This document shows positions 28,901 through 37,179 of a stretch of 64,000 nt of DNA, piece by piece. Source of the DNA: an uncultured archaeon. Lineage in GTDB: Archaea > Thermoplasmatota > Penumbrarchaeia > JASLWR01. Below the pieces are notes generated by a model. It was not told the origin of the DNA, searched no databases, and saw nothing but the letters and a program-made list of their open reading frames with translations. The translations under genes were made by a program, and so were the position numbers. Position 1 is the stretch's first letter. Every line of letters starts with the position of its first letter. The DNA lies in NCBI GenBank assembly GCA_964430885.1, contig CAYSHM010000005.1, positions 82,948-146,947 of the forward strand, given 5' to 3'.

Positions 28901-31900
28901 GAATCGGGAATTTCATTCGCCTTCAATCCCTGTTCTTACAAATGTGGACGGCAGCTTCTACCCCACAGGTAGAAATGTCAAGGGCAGGGTAATCGACATT
29001 CTAGTTGATCAGATCGCAGGAGCTGTGGAATGGGTTAAGGAAATGGAAGCATTCTATAATGAATTGGACATACGATTCTTTGTGGAAGTTGGAACAAAAA
29101 GGGCTCTGACTACAACCATCAATCACATATTCCATAACAGACCGCATAAGGCTGTCCTGACCAACCATCCTAAAAAGGGGGGACTGAGGACCTTCAATGA
29201 AGCTTTGGCGCATCTTAGTGCCTGCGGTGTGAAGATCAAATGGCCGGCCCCTGATAACCGCACAGTCTATACCGATCTATTTGTGGATGCAGGAATGGAG
29301 TTGAAAAAGAAGGTTCAGGTGCAAAAAAGGGCAGTCATATCACCTCCGGTGAGTCAAAGGAGAGAAGGAAACTATACAGAAGAGATCCAAACTGTAGTGC
29401 CGGTAGATACTACTATATCCGCTCCATCTTCGATGGATATATTGTTGGACATCAAACCCAAGAACCATATAGCTGGTATTGATGAAACTGCCTATAAGGA
29501 TTTCATTCAAACCGAAGGCCAGGAACTATTGGAAATAATCAATGACAGATTCAGGAAATTCCAGGCAAGCAGGGGTGGAGAACTTCTCAACCGCATTAGA
29601 TCTTTAGGTCTCTATCTTGGGTCGGTTTCCATCTCAGGTACTGGAATAGGGCTGCCAGGAAAAGGAAAAAGGGTTTTCTCGACCTCAAATGTGGATAAAA
29701 TCCTTCAGGGCGGAAATTTTATAGATAGACTATCTGAAGAACAGATGAAAAAGATGTGCGATAAGAACATCATCCGGCTCCTCAAGATGCCTGACGGCGA
29801 TGCAAAAATGATACCTATAGATAATATTGACCAGGTCATCAAGTTTGCCGGGCTTAGGGGTGATTTCGATGTGGTCGAGGAATACGGTGTTGAAGTGAGT
29901 ATTGCCGGAGCCCTTGACATTACCTCCAAATTGGCCATTGCCGCCGGAATTGAGGCTTTAAGGGATGCTGGGATACCCTTGGTCAAGGAATATTATACCA
30001 CTTCAACGGGAACATATCTTCCCAACAAATGGGTGCTGCCCGAACCCCTTCAGGAAGGGACTGGTGTAATATTCGCTTCAGCTTTCCCAGGATATGATAA
30101 TCTGATAGATGAGATATCCCGTTATCTAGCCCACAAATTCACCTCAAGATCAGCTATTGAAAAAGAGGGACTCTATGAAGATATCCTTGAGCAGATAAAT
30201 GATAAGAAAATCAAAGAGCAATTGAGGGATTGGATAAGCAAAAATAGAATTAGGCAGGAGGATGAATACAGGGAAGAGGAAGAATATAAGTTCAACCGGA
30301 AATTCCTATGGAGGGTCCTCTCAATGGGTCATTCCCAATTCGCCCAGTTCATAAAGGCAAAGGGACCCAATACACAGGTGAACGCCGCCTGCTCATCCAC
30401 AACCCAAACCTTCAGCATCGCCGAGGATTGGATCAGAACAGGCAGGGCTGAGAGAGTGATAATAATTGCTGCTGATGATGCTACCTCTGAAAATATGCTC
30501 CAGTATGTAGGCAGCGGATTTATAGCAATCGGAGCTGCAACTGTAAAGGACAAACTTGAGGAAGCGGCACTGCCCTTTGACAGAAGGAGGAACGGCCTTA
30601 TAGTCGGGATGGGTGCTGCGGGATTCGTAGTAGAAAGAAAAGAGGACATTCTTAGAAGAGGAATGAAACCCGCAGTGGATCTCCTAGGAACATACCTTTC
30701 CAACAGCGCTTATCATGGTTCAAGTCTCGATGTTGAACATATTACTTCTGAACTTGAGAACTTCATCAGAAGGGTGGAAAGAGCTAACAATCTCAACAGG
30801 AACGACATAACAAAAAATATGCTATTCATGTCCCATGAAACCTTCACTCCTGCCAGGGGCGGAAGCGCAGATGCGGAGATGGACAGCTTGCGACGTGTGT
30901 TCCCTGACACCTACAGAAATATCATTGTAACCAATACCAAGGGCTATACGGGACATGCACAGGGCGCAGGTATAGAGGACGCAATAGCCATAAAGGCCCT
31001 TCAGCACGGCAGAACCCCGCCTATCGCAAATCTCATGGAACCCGATCCTAATCTGGGGGACATCAAGCTGTCCAAGGGAGGAAAACATCCATTCGAATAC
31101 GCCTTAAGGCTGGCTGCCGGGTTCGGCTCTCAGGTTGCTTTCAATCTGCTGAAACTTCAATCAAGAGAAGGAGAAAGGATGGCCGATGAAATAACCTATC
31201 AGAACTGGCTTAAGGAGATATCCGGACTTGAACAGGTGGAAACCGAGGTTGCCCATAATACCCTTAGAATAAAGGACGTAGGGCCTGGAAGGATCGTCAG
31301 TAAAAGACCGGTATCCAAGGTAAAAAATCTTTCAAGGGACGATTCTATTTCTTCGGAACAGAGAAGTCAAAAGAGCAGTATTCCGGAAGGAGAGGAAATA
31401 ATAACCGCTAAAAGCAATGATGAGAGGGGGCAAATAACCGAAGAAGTTATGGAGATGGTTGCCGAAAAAACAGGTTATCCCGTGGATATGCTGGAACCGG
31501 ATCTGGATATGGAAGCAGACCTGGGTATCGACACTGTAAAACAAGTGGAGCTCTTCGGTGCTATCAGGGAAAATTATAACCTGGAACAGGAGGAAGGGGT
31601 CAATCTCTCGGACTACGATACTCTGGACGGCATCGTTGAATACATTTATTCCAGATTGCTGAAGGAAGGGAAAATTGTTGAGGAGGCAATTCCAAAAGGG
31701 GAAGAGTTAGCCGTTCAAACGGAATCAGGGGAATCAAAGCTGCATTTAAAAGTGGAGCGGAAGGTTCTTGAGATAGTAGCTGAAAAAACAGGATACCCTG
31801 TTGATATGCTGGAACCAGATCTGGATATGGAAGCAGACCTGGGTATCGACACTGTAAAACAAGTGGAGCTCTTCGGTGCCATTAGGGAAAACTATAAGCT

Positions 31901-34900
31901 GGAACAGGAAGAGGGAGTAAACCTTTCCGAATACGGCACTCTTCGAAGCGTAATGGATTATATTCTATCCCGATTGGATATTCCAATTGGTCCCAATGAA
32001 GGCTCTGCAGGAGACATTGATGCCACTGAGAATACAACCGGGACCGGCGAAGATGAAAAAACTGATTCAGGGAGAAGCAGACCTGACGAGATAATGGAAA
32101 AAGTACTCGACATGGTGGCAGAAATGACCGGTTATCCCGTGGATATGCTGGAAGCAGACCTGGATATGGAAGCAGACCTGGGTATCGATACTGTTAAGCA
32201 GGTGGAGCTCTTCGCCGCTATCAGGGAGCATTACGGTCTTGAAAGGGATGAAGGCGTTAACCTGTCCGAGTTCAACACCCTTAGGAGTATCGGCGATTAT
32301 ATCGATTCAAGGGTCGGTGATACTGAACCTGCATCAGAGGGCGTTGGAGCAAAGACATTACAAGACGAATTGACCGAGGACACCGAAGGCGATGAGGTAA
32401 TGGATCCTGAAGCAAAGGAGCTAAGACGTTACCTGACACGCTATATACCAAAGGAGCTGGGGAAGGATGAATGGTTTGATCTTAAGAAGAAGAATGTTAT
32501 TGTCGTCATGGATAAGGAAGGAATAGGGAAAGAGTTAATGAAAACTCTGGCCTACAAGGGAGCAAATGTCATTCAGTTCATCTATAACAGGAAGAAGAAA
32601 GAACATAACAACGATCAATACAAGGCTGACCTGGGAGATATTGAAATGCTGGGGGAGATAAAAGAAAAAGTACTGAAGAATCACGGAGATATTTTCGGTA
32701 TACTTTATCTGCAGTCTATGGACAAGGAAAATGAATTGAAAAAAATAGATTTCGGGGAGTGGAAGGAACTTAACAGAAAAAAAATCCGGACCCTTTTCAA
32801 TCTCGGAAAAGTTTTCATTGCTGACCTGAAAATGGGCTCCGAGGACAGCGAAAAGAGAAAGAACAAGTTCCTAGTATCGGCCGTAGAAATGGGCGGATCA
32901 TTTGGAATTGAAGGTGACGGTAAATTTTCCACCCCTGTTCAGGGCGGGGTATGCGGACTTACCAAAGCGTTAGGTAAAGAAATGCCGGAAGTTTTGGTCA
33001 AATGTATCGACCTGGGGAAAATATCCCGTAAGAAGAAAGCAGCAGACCTGATTCTAAATGAACTTCTTTTTGGAGATGAACGACTGGAAGTGTGCTATAA
33101 GAAGGGCAAACGGAGAATTGCCCAGATGTACCATTCCGAATTGGACAAAACCAAAAAGGCCAATTTGAAAATCAACCAAGAATGGGTCTTCATAGTACCG
33201 GGCGGAGGGTTTGGGATAACTGGTGAAATTACCAAGGACATTGTCAGACAATTCAAACCCCGGATAATCGTCATGGACATAGCCGAACTTCCGGAAAACA
33301 TAGAGGAATTGGCGGGATATGATGAAAAACAGCTTGATGATTTCAAGAAAGAGCTTTTCCAAAAGCTGAAAAAAGAGAAGGACAGGGTCACTCCAGTAAT
33401 GCTTGAAAGGAAATTCGGAAGTTATACCAAAGCCATTACAATATTTAGAAATCTTCAGAAAATGAGAGAGATGGGATCCAAGGTGGATTATTTCCTATGT
33501 GATGTAACTGACCAGAAAAGGGTAAATGAGGTTCTGGACGAGGTTCGTAAGAAATACAAACGCATAGATTGTATTATTCATGCCGCTGGACTTGAGATAT
33601 CGAAGCTGATCACCCAAAAACCTCCAGAACAATTCGATCTTGTTTACGGGGTCAAGGTGAACGGCGCCTTTAATTTATTCCAAGGAACCAAGGACGATAA
33701 GGTCAAGGCCTACGTGACCTTTTCCTCAGTGGCCGGCCGGTTCGGAAATATCGGTCAGACTGATTATTCCTCGGCTAACGATCTTCTAAATAAATATATG
33801 GCATTGATAAGCAGAGAGAGAAAAGGTAAGGCAAAGGCCATATCATTGAATTGGACAGGATGGAGAGGGGTTGGAATGGCAACAAGGGGCTCGCTATTGA
33901 AGATATTTGATGAGGCAGGCGTCACCCTTATACCCTTGGATTTCGGCAAGAAGAAGGTTAGGTTGGAGCTGCTCTATTCAGGAGACGAATCCGAGGTTAC
34001 AGTTGCCGGAAATGTAGGTTTTCTTGATGCAGATGGTATAATCATACCCAATGGCCAGGATATTGAGAGTTGGGATATGGAGAGATCAATGAAAATGGAA
34101 CCCGAAAACTATCCCTTTGTGGATAGGGTCTTGGAATACGAGAAGGGAGATAAAGTAGTTGTTGACAAATTACTCCATACGGAAAAGGATCGGTATTTGA
34201 AGGACCATTCCATCTCCGGAACGCCTTATCTTCCCGGTGTCATGGGATTGGAAACATTCGCTGAAGCTAGCTCCCTGCTGTTCCCTGAAAAAAACATTAT
34301 TGAGTTCAAAGATGTGGTCTTCAAGAGGCCGGTCAAACTCCTTAGGGGTAAGGAGGTTACTATTCGTACTATCTGCAGTGTATCAAGCACGAAGAAAGAC
34401 AAGGTAGAACTTGATCTCCGTATTGAAAGCGATTTCATCAATCCGAAGGGCGTGAAGATGGGGGAACCAAGGATCCATTTTACTGGAAAATGCCTAATGG
34501 ATAAAAAAGGACCGGGTAAGAAGAAGATTAAAATACCGAAGAACATCACCACAGATGTGGATCCAGTTATTGGCAATTCTGAGATATACAAAAGATTCTT
34601 CCATGGGCCGGCATTCCAGATCCTCGGGGGAATAATAGAGACAGGGGATAAAATGAAAAAGGGCGAAAAGGCCTGGGGAGTATTTAAAGAACCTAAAGGA
34701 GATTTCTATTCGGATCTTGACGATTTCCGATTCAGTTTCACACCCATGCTAGCCGAGTTCGGCTTCCAGACCTGCGGGATTTTTGATATGTTCCATAGGA
34801 GCAATATGTCGCTGCCGGACGGTATTGAGAAAGTATCCTTCTTTTCATCTGCAAAGGATCGAAGAAAAATAAAGCAGAACATTGGTCAAAAGGGAACGCT

Positions 34901-35060
34901 ATGCAGAATAACCTTTAAAGGGGACCGGGAAGGAGACCTCTCGCCATACAGTATTTATGATGTGGAAATTATGGATCCAAAGGGAAATATCATTCTTAAA
35001 ATGAAGGACTATCGGATGATCAAGACCGGGGAGTTGGAAGAGGAAAAAAGATGGAAATGA
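25926..35060 (+). CDS. Type-I PKS / PUFA-synthase (PfaA)-like megasynthase: carrier-like(N-term)-KS-AT-KS-carrier-like x3-KR-DH(PS-DH)
   Basis: 3044 aa from ATG 25926 (AGGTG SD 6 nt upstream; the track ORF starts at GTG 25917). KS1: TCDAACASS active Cys, EAHGTSTVVGD and KSQIGHLKSAAG His motifs. AT: GFVFPGQGSQ, GHSLGEY, HAFHS. KS2: NAACSS Cys, YHGSS, KGYTGHAQGAG. Carrier domains: DMEADLGIDTVKQVELF (x4; N-terminal plus three tandem). KR: GIGKE and GGGFGITG Rossmann motifs, YSSAN. DH: HSISGTPYLPG (HxxxGxxxxP). Confidence 0.9.
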   Translation: MGKKNRKDIEKEVLSIVSEKTGYPIDMIDIEHDMEADLGIDTVKQVELFGAVRENYNLQEEEGVNLSEYASIKDVVQFIVDKLGIPEMSEVDAGEEEGAESEAMTSEEVKKDEGEGSKSAPVQKHTVNIIETERDRDEITSYIHSSLEPIAVVGLGGIFPDSNSITEFWQNIIEGKDSIDEIPEDRWDISTFYDPDSKTSKNKSYTKIGAFVKDFEFNSIDFRIPPNIIKHIDPVQLWTLAATKEAWEDAGLHKKDVARDRVSVILANAQGGEHRDTNSSLVYLYDFIRAMEKSSVFSNMKKAERKIKVEAIEKEFMKNMPEINEDTMPGELSNIVASRVANRFDFFGPSFTCDAACASSFAAIDTAVKYLREGDADILITGGADRSMNPSTYVKFCKIGVLSKTGSRPFDAKADGFVMGEGAGILVLKRLSDAIKDLDKVYAVIRGIGASSDGKSKGITAPNPLGQKKAIERAYEKAGYDLSTVSLIEAHGTSTVVGDATELKTLADIWSGKGFQKQSVGIGSIKSQIGHLKSAAGAAGLIKMILALHHNTLAPTINYKEANPNVNLDETPFFVVTEPRKWERPRIKGELIPRRAGVSAFGFGGSNFHVTLEEFTGNYPDLTAGIESTKPTHSPEKVIDPELYLKEHSDMEGDVISISADSLDELKAQAQTLSSDLKKALKDEGEYFRLASFAYDINRILDSDKIRTFRLAVSAQKGKEMADLFLLAAENVHSTERMAMLENKGIFFSNPDILTELGHLKDGVVHPPKTGFVFPGQGSQYINMLRDVSNKFRAVEDTFIESDEIMTDIIGEPLTNIIFSDEHDSEQDVKRKQNRMTDTEITQPAMITGDIALYRLFKMYDLEPAAVAGHSLGEYGALVASEVMDFKNALLASSARGREMANIEIEDKGKMASVAAGEKEVQEILDSIDGYVIVANKNSYSESVISGASKAVEEAVEKLNKKGINTIWLPVSHAFHSEIVAPAKVPLRNFLENREFHSPSIPVLTNVDGSFYPTGRNVKGRVIDILVDQIAGAVEWVKEMEAFYNELDIRFFVEVGTKRALTTTINHIFHNRPHKAVLTNHPKKGGLRTFNEALAHLSACGVKIKWPAPDNRTVYTDLFVDAGMELKKKVQVQKRAVISPPVSQRREGNYTEEIQTVVPVDTTISAPSSMDILLDIKPKNHIAGIDETAYKDFIQTEGQELLEIINDRFRKFQASRGGELLNRIRSLGLYLGSVSISGTGIGLPGKGKRVFSTSNVDKILQGGNFIDRLSEEQMKKMCDKNIIRLLKMPDGDAKMIPIDNIDQVIKFAGLRGDFDVVEEYGVEVSIAGALDITSKLAIAAGIEALRDAGIPLVKEYYTTSTGTYLPNKWVLPEPLQEGTGVIFASAFPGYDNLIDEISRYLAHKFTSRSAIEKEGLYEDILEQINDKKIKEQLRDWISKNRIRQEDEYREEEEYKFNRKFLWRVLSMGHSQFAQFIKAKGPNTQVNAACSSTTQTFSIAEDWIRTGRAERVIIIAADDATSENMLQYVGSGFIAIGAATVKDKLEEAALPFDRRRNGLIVGMGAAGFVVERKEDILRRGMKPAVDLLGTYLSNSAYHGSSLDVEHITSELENFIRRVERANNLNRNDITKNMLFMSHETFTPARGGSADAEMDSLRRVFPDTYRNIIVTNTKGYTGHAQGAGIEDAIAIKALQHGRTPPIANLMEPDPNLGDIKLSKGGKHPFEYALRLAAGFGSQVAFNLLKLQSREGERMADEITYQNWLKEISGLEQVETEVAHNTLRIKDVGPGRIVSKRPVSKVKNLSRDDSISSEQRSQKSSIPEGEEIITAKSNDERGQITEEVMEMVAEKTGYPVDMLEPDLDMEADLGIDTVKQVELFGAIRENYNLEQEEGVNLSDYDTLDGIVEYIYSRLLKEGKIVEEAIPKGEELAVQTESGESKLHLKVERKVLEIVAEKTGYPVDMLEPDLDMEADLGIDTVKQVELFGAIRENYKLEQEEGVNLSEYGTLRSVMDYILSRLDIPIGPNEGSAGDIDATENTTGTGEDEKTDSGRSRPDEIMEKVLDMVAEMTGYPVDMLEADLDMEADLGIDTVKQVELFAAIREHYGLERDEGVNLSEFNTLRSIGDYIDSRVGDTEPASEGVGAKTLQDELTEDTEGDEVMDPEAKELRRYLTRYIPKELGKDEWFDLKKKNVIVVMDKEGIGKELMKTLAYKGANVIQFIYNRKKKEHNNDQYKADLGDIEMLGEIKEKVLKNHGDIFGILYLQSMDKENELKKIDFGEWKELNRKKIRTLFNLGKVFIADLKMGSEDSEKRKNKFLVSAVEMGGSFGIEGDGKFSTPVQGGVCGLTKALGKEMPEVLVKCIDLGKISRKKKAADLILNELLFGDERLEVCYKKGKRRIAQMYHSELDKTKKANLKINQEWVFIVPGGGFGITGEITKDIVRQFKPRIIVMDIAELPENIEELAGYDEKQLDDFKKELFQKLKKEKDRVTPVMLERKFGSYTKAITIFRNLQKMREMGSKVDYFLCDVTDQKRVNEVLDEVRKKYKRIDCIIHAAGLEISKLITQKPPEQFDLVYGVKVNGAFNLFQGTKDDKVKAYVTFSSVAGRFGNIGQTDYSSANDLLNKYMALISRERKGKAKAISLNWTGWRGVGMATRGSLLKIFDEAGVTLIPLDFGKKKVRLELLYSGDESEVTVAGNVGFLDADGIIIPNGQDIESWDMERSMKMEPENYPFVDRVLEYEKGDKVVVDKLLHTEKDRYLKDHSISGTPYLPGVMGLETFAEASSLLFPEKNIIEFKDVVFKRPVKLLRGKEVTIRTICSVSSTKKDKVELDLRIESDFINPKGVKMGEPRIHFTGKCLMDKKGPGKKKIKIPKNITTDVDPVIGNSEIYKRFFHGPAFQILGGIIETGDKMKKGEKAWGVFKEPKGDFYSDLDDFRFSFTPMLAEFGFQTCGIFDMFHRSNMSLPDGIEKVSFFSSAKDRRKIKQNIGQKGTLCRITFKGDREGDLSPYSIYDVEIMDPKGNIILKMKDYRMIKTGELEEEKRWK
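31430..32300 (+). repeat. Three tandem ~315-bp repeats encoding the carrier (ACP-like) domains; copies 1 and 2 share a 62-nt identical core
   Basis: atctggatatggaagcagacctgggtatcgacactgtaaaacaagtggagctcttcggtgc occurs identically at 31501-31562 and 31818-31879. A third diverged copy lies at ~32153-32215. Confidence 0.85.
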
Positions 35061-35107
35061 TTAATGAGGCAAGGATTGTTGAGTATTTTAGATGTATAGG
35101 TGGTTGA

Positions 35108-35470
35108 ATGGCAAAGGATTCATGTCCCCATAGGATTGAGGAATTTCAAAGGGAAAGAGAGAGAATGAACAAATTGATAATGGAATACGGCGGGAAGGAT
35201 ATCAAGAGGTTCTTCAGCATTGATTCCTCTGTTTACAGGAATGGAGCTCTTTCGAAAAAAACCAAAGAACTTCTCGGTCTGGTATCCTCCCTGGTCCTGA
35301 GATGTGAGGACTGTGTGAACTACCATCTTATTCATTGTAAAAAGGAAGGATACAGCACGGAGGAATTGATGGAAGGATTAACTGTTGGATTGATCATAGG
35401 AGGGTCTATCACAATTCCACATATCAGAAGAGCCCTGGATGCTTGGGTTGAACTTCAGGAAAAGGATTGA
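35108..35470 (+). CDS. Carboxymuconolactone decarboxylase (AhpD-like) family protein
   Basis: 120 aa. The RCEDCVNYH motif is typical of CMD/AhpD-core proteins. Confidence 0.6.
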   Translation: MAKDSCPHRIEEFQRERERMNKLIMEYGGKDIKRFFSIDSSVYRNGALSKKTKELLGLVSSLVLRCEDCVNYHLIHCKKEGYSTEELMEGLTVGLIIGGSITIPHIRRALDAWVELQEKD

Positions 35471-35728
35471 TATTAATAAATCAAGATGCATCCGATTTAA
35501 TAATCTAATTCGTTTTAACTATTCTTATCCGTGACCCTTTCAGAAAAACCTTAATCAATGTTTAAATAATTCATAGTCCTTGCAACTTGTGCATCGTACA
35601 GGTGCGGTAGCTTCCGTTACTAATTCGCCACTTATAGGCAATATTATAATCTCAATTATAGCCATAGACAATACATCCCGATTTATGTGAAATAGATTTG
35701 AATGATGAACTGAAAAAAGGTGATAAAA

Positions 35729-37003
35729 ATGGTCGAAATACCACAAATACCCATTGATGTGGATTCTATATCCCTGAGATTCCTGAATCTGCTTGGAAAA
35801 CCCTGTGAGATAAGGGTCCCAAAGAATATGATGGAAACCTGTATCAATGACGGGATCAGTTTTGATTCCTCAAACCTTGGTTACACTGATATATCCAGAA
35901 GTGATATGATAGCCATACCGGATGTGTCAACTATGAAGATACTCAGGTACGAGAAGGATCATATAGCAGCTTTCCTTTGCGACATTCACCAACCGGACGG
36001 GGGCAGATTCAAAGGCGACCCAAGATACCTTCTGAAAAGCACTCTTGAACATTACAGAGTGAAAGGATTCACCTTCCACGTAAAACCGGAGTATGAATTC
36101 TATTTGCTGGATCGAGAAACCAAAAGACCGGTAGATACTGGAAAATATATTGATGGAAGAGTGGACAACACCAAATTGGTTGGCGTTCTTACAAAGCTTC
36201 TGCAGAACTATGATTTCGGAATTGAAAAAGTTCACCACGAAGTCGGGCCCGGCCAGTATGAAATTGAAACTCTGCCATATTCGGAACCGATTAAAATGGC
36301 TGACGATTTCATAATAATCAAGGAACTCATAAAAAAGGAAGCACTTAATAGAGGAATACTTGCCACCTTCATGCCGAAGCCAATTGCTTATACTGCTGGC
36401 AGCGGCTTTCATATTCATATTTCCCTTTTCAAAGATGGGGAGTTCAGATTAACCACCGGTGATCTGAACAGCTACACCAAGGGATTCATTGGAGGCCTTC
36501 TCAAACATGCGAAAGCATTATCTGCACTATGTTTACCAACCATCAATTCCTACAAGAGGATCATTCCAGGATATGAAGCGCCTGTTTACATATCATGGGG
36601 CTCCAGCAACAGAAGCACCCTCGTGAGGATCCCCGCCTATAGTAGCTCAAGAGAATCAAAGGGCAGGATCGAGTACCGGGGAATAGATGCCACTGTTAAT
36701 GTCTATCTGATGATGAACTCTCTGATATGCGCCGGCATGGATGGTATCGAGAAAGGGATGGAACCTGGAAAAGAGATGACCGAGAACCTTTTCGATATAA
36801 AGGACCATGCATTGGAAGGGGGGTTGATAGATCACCTGCCGACCAACCTAAACGAATCCCTGGTGGAATTGGCCAAAGATGAGGTCATAAAGGAATCCTT
36901 AGGTGAGATTTTCGAACCCTATGTGGAGATGAAAAGAAAAGAGATGTCTGCTTTTACAAAGTTCGTTACTGACTGGGAACTCGACAACTATTTGGATTAC
37001 TGA
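35729..37003 (+). CDS. Glutamine synthetase family protein (GlnA-like catalytic domain)
   Basis: GS beta-grasp and catalytic-domain pattern (KPEYEFYL, HHEVGPGQYEI, SNRSTLVRIP, EYRGIDATVNVYL). ATG at 35729 with a GGTGA SD; the track start 35720 is GTG. Confidence 0.75.
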   Translation: MVEIPQIPIDVDSISLRFLNLLGKPCEIRVPKNMMETCINDGISFDSSNLGYTDISRSDMIAIPDVSTMKILRYEKDHIAAFLCDIHQPDGGRFKGDPRYLLKSTLEHYRVKGFTFHVKPEYEFYLLDRETKRPVDTGKYIDGRVDNTKLVGVLTKLLQNYDFGIEKVHHEVGPGQYEIETLPYSEPIKMADDFIIIKELIKKEALNRGILATFMPKPIAYTAGSGFHIHISLFKDGEFRLTTGDLNSYTKGFIGGLLKHAKALSALCLPTINSYKRIIPGYEAPVYISWGSSNRSTLVRIPAYSSSRESKGRIEYRGIDATVNVYLMMNSLICAGMDGIEKGMEPGKEMTENLFDIKDHALEGGLIDHLPTNLNESLVELAKDEVIKESLGEIFEPYVEMKRKEMSAFTKFVTDWELDNYLDY

Positions 37004-37179
37004 AGAGGATCAATTTGACCTGAAGGGGGCTTCATCTATAAACCGCTCGGTCAAATAAAGGATAGATATAATCAATAATGCAATATGCAATGATCCCTCT
37101 AGGTCATTGAATAATAAATCATTTAGGTATTTATTATTATTATTGATATCATTACTAGTTGTAAAAATTGCTGGATCGT

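Noticed and set aside
31430-32300. Considered that the DLGIDT domains are dockerin or other non-carrier modules
   Set aside because: Length (~75 aa), helix pattern and near-identity to PUFA-synthase ACP motifs (LGIDSIKRVEIL) apart from the Ser-to-Thr change make carrier-domain homology the better explanation.
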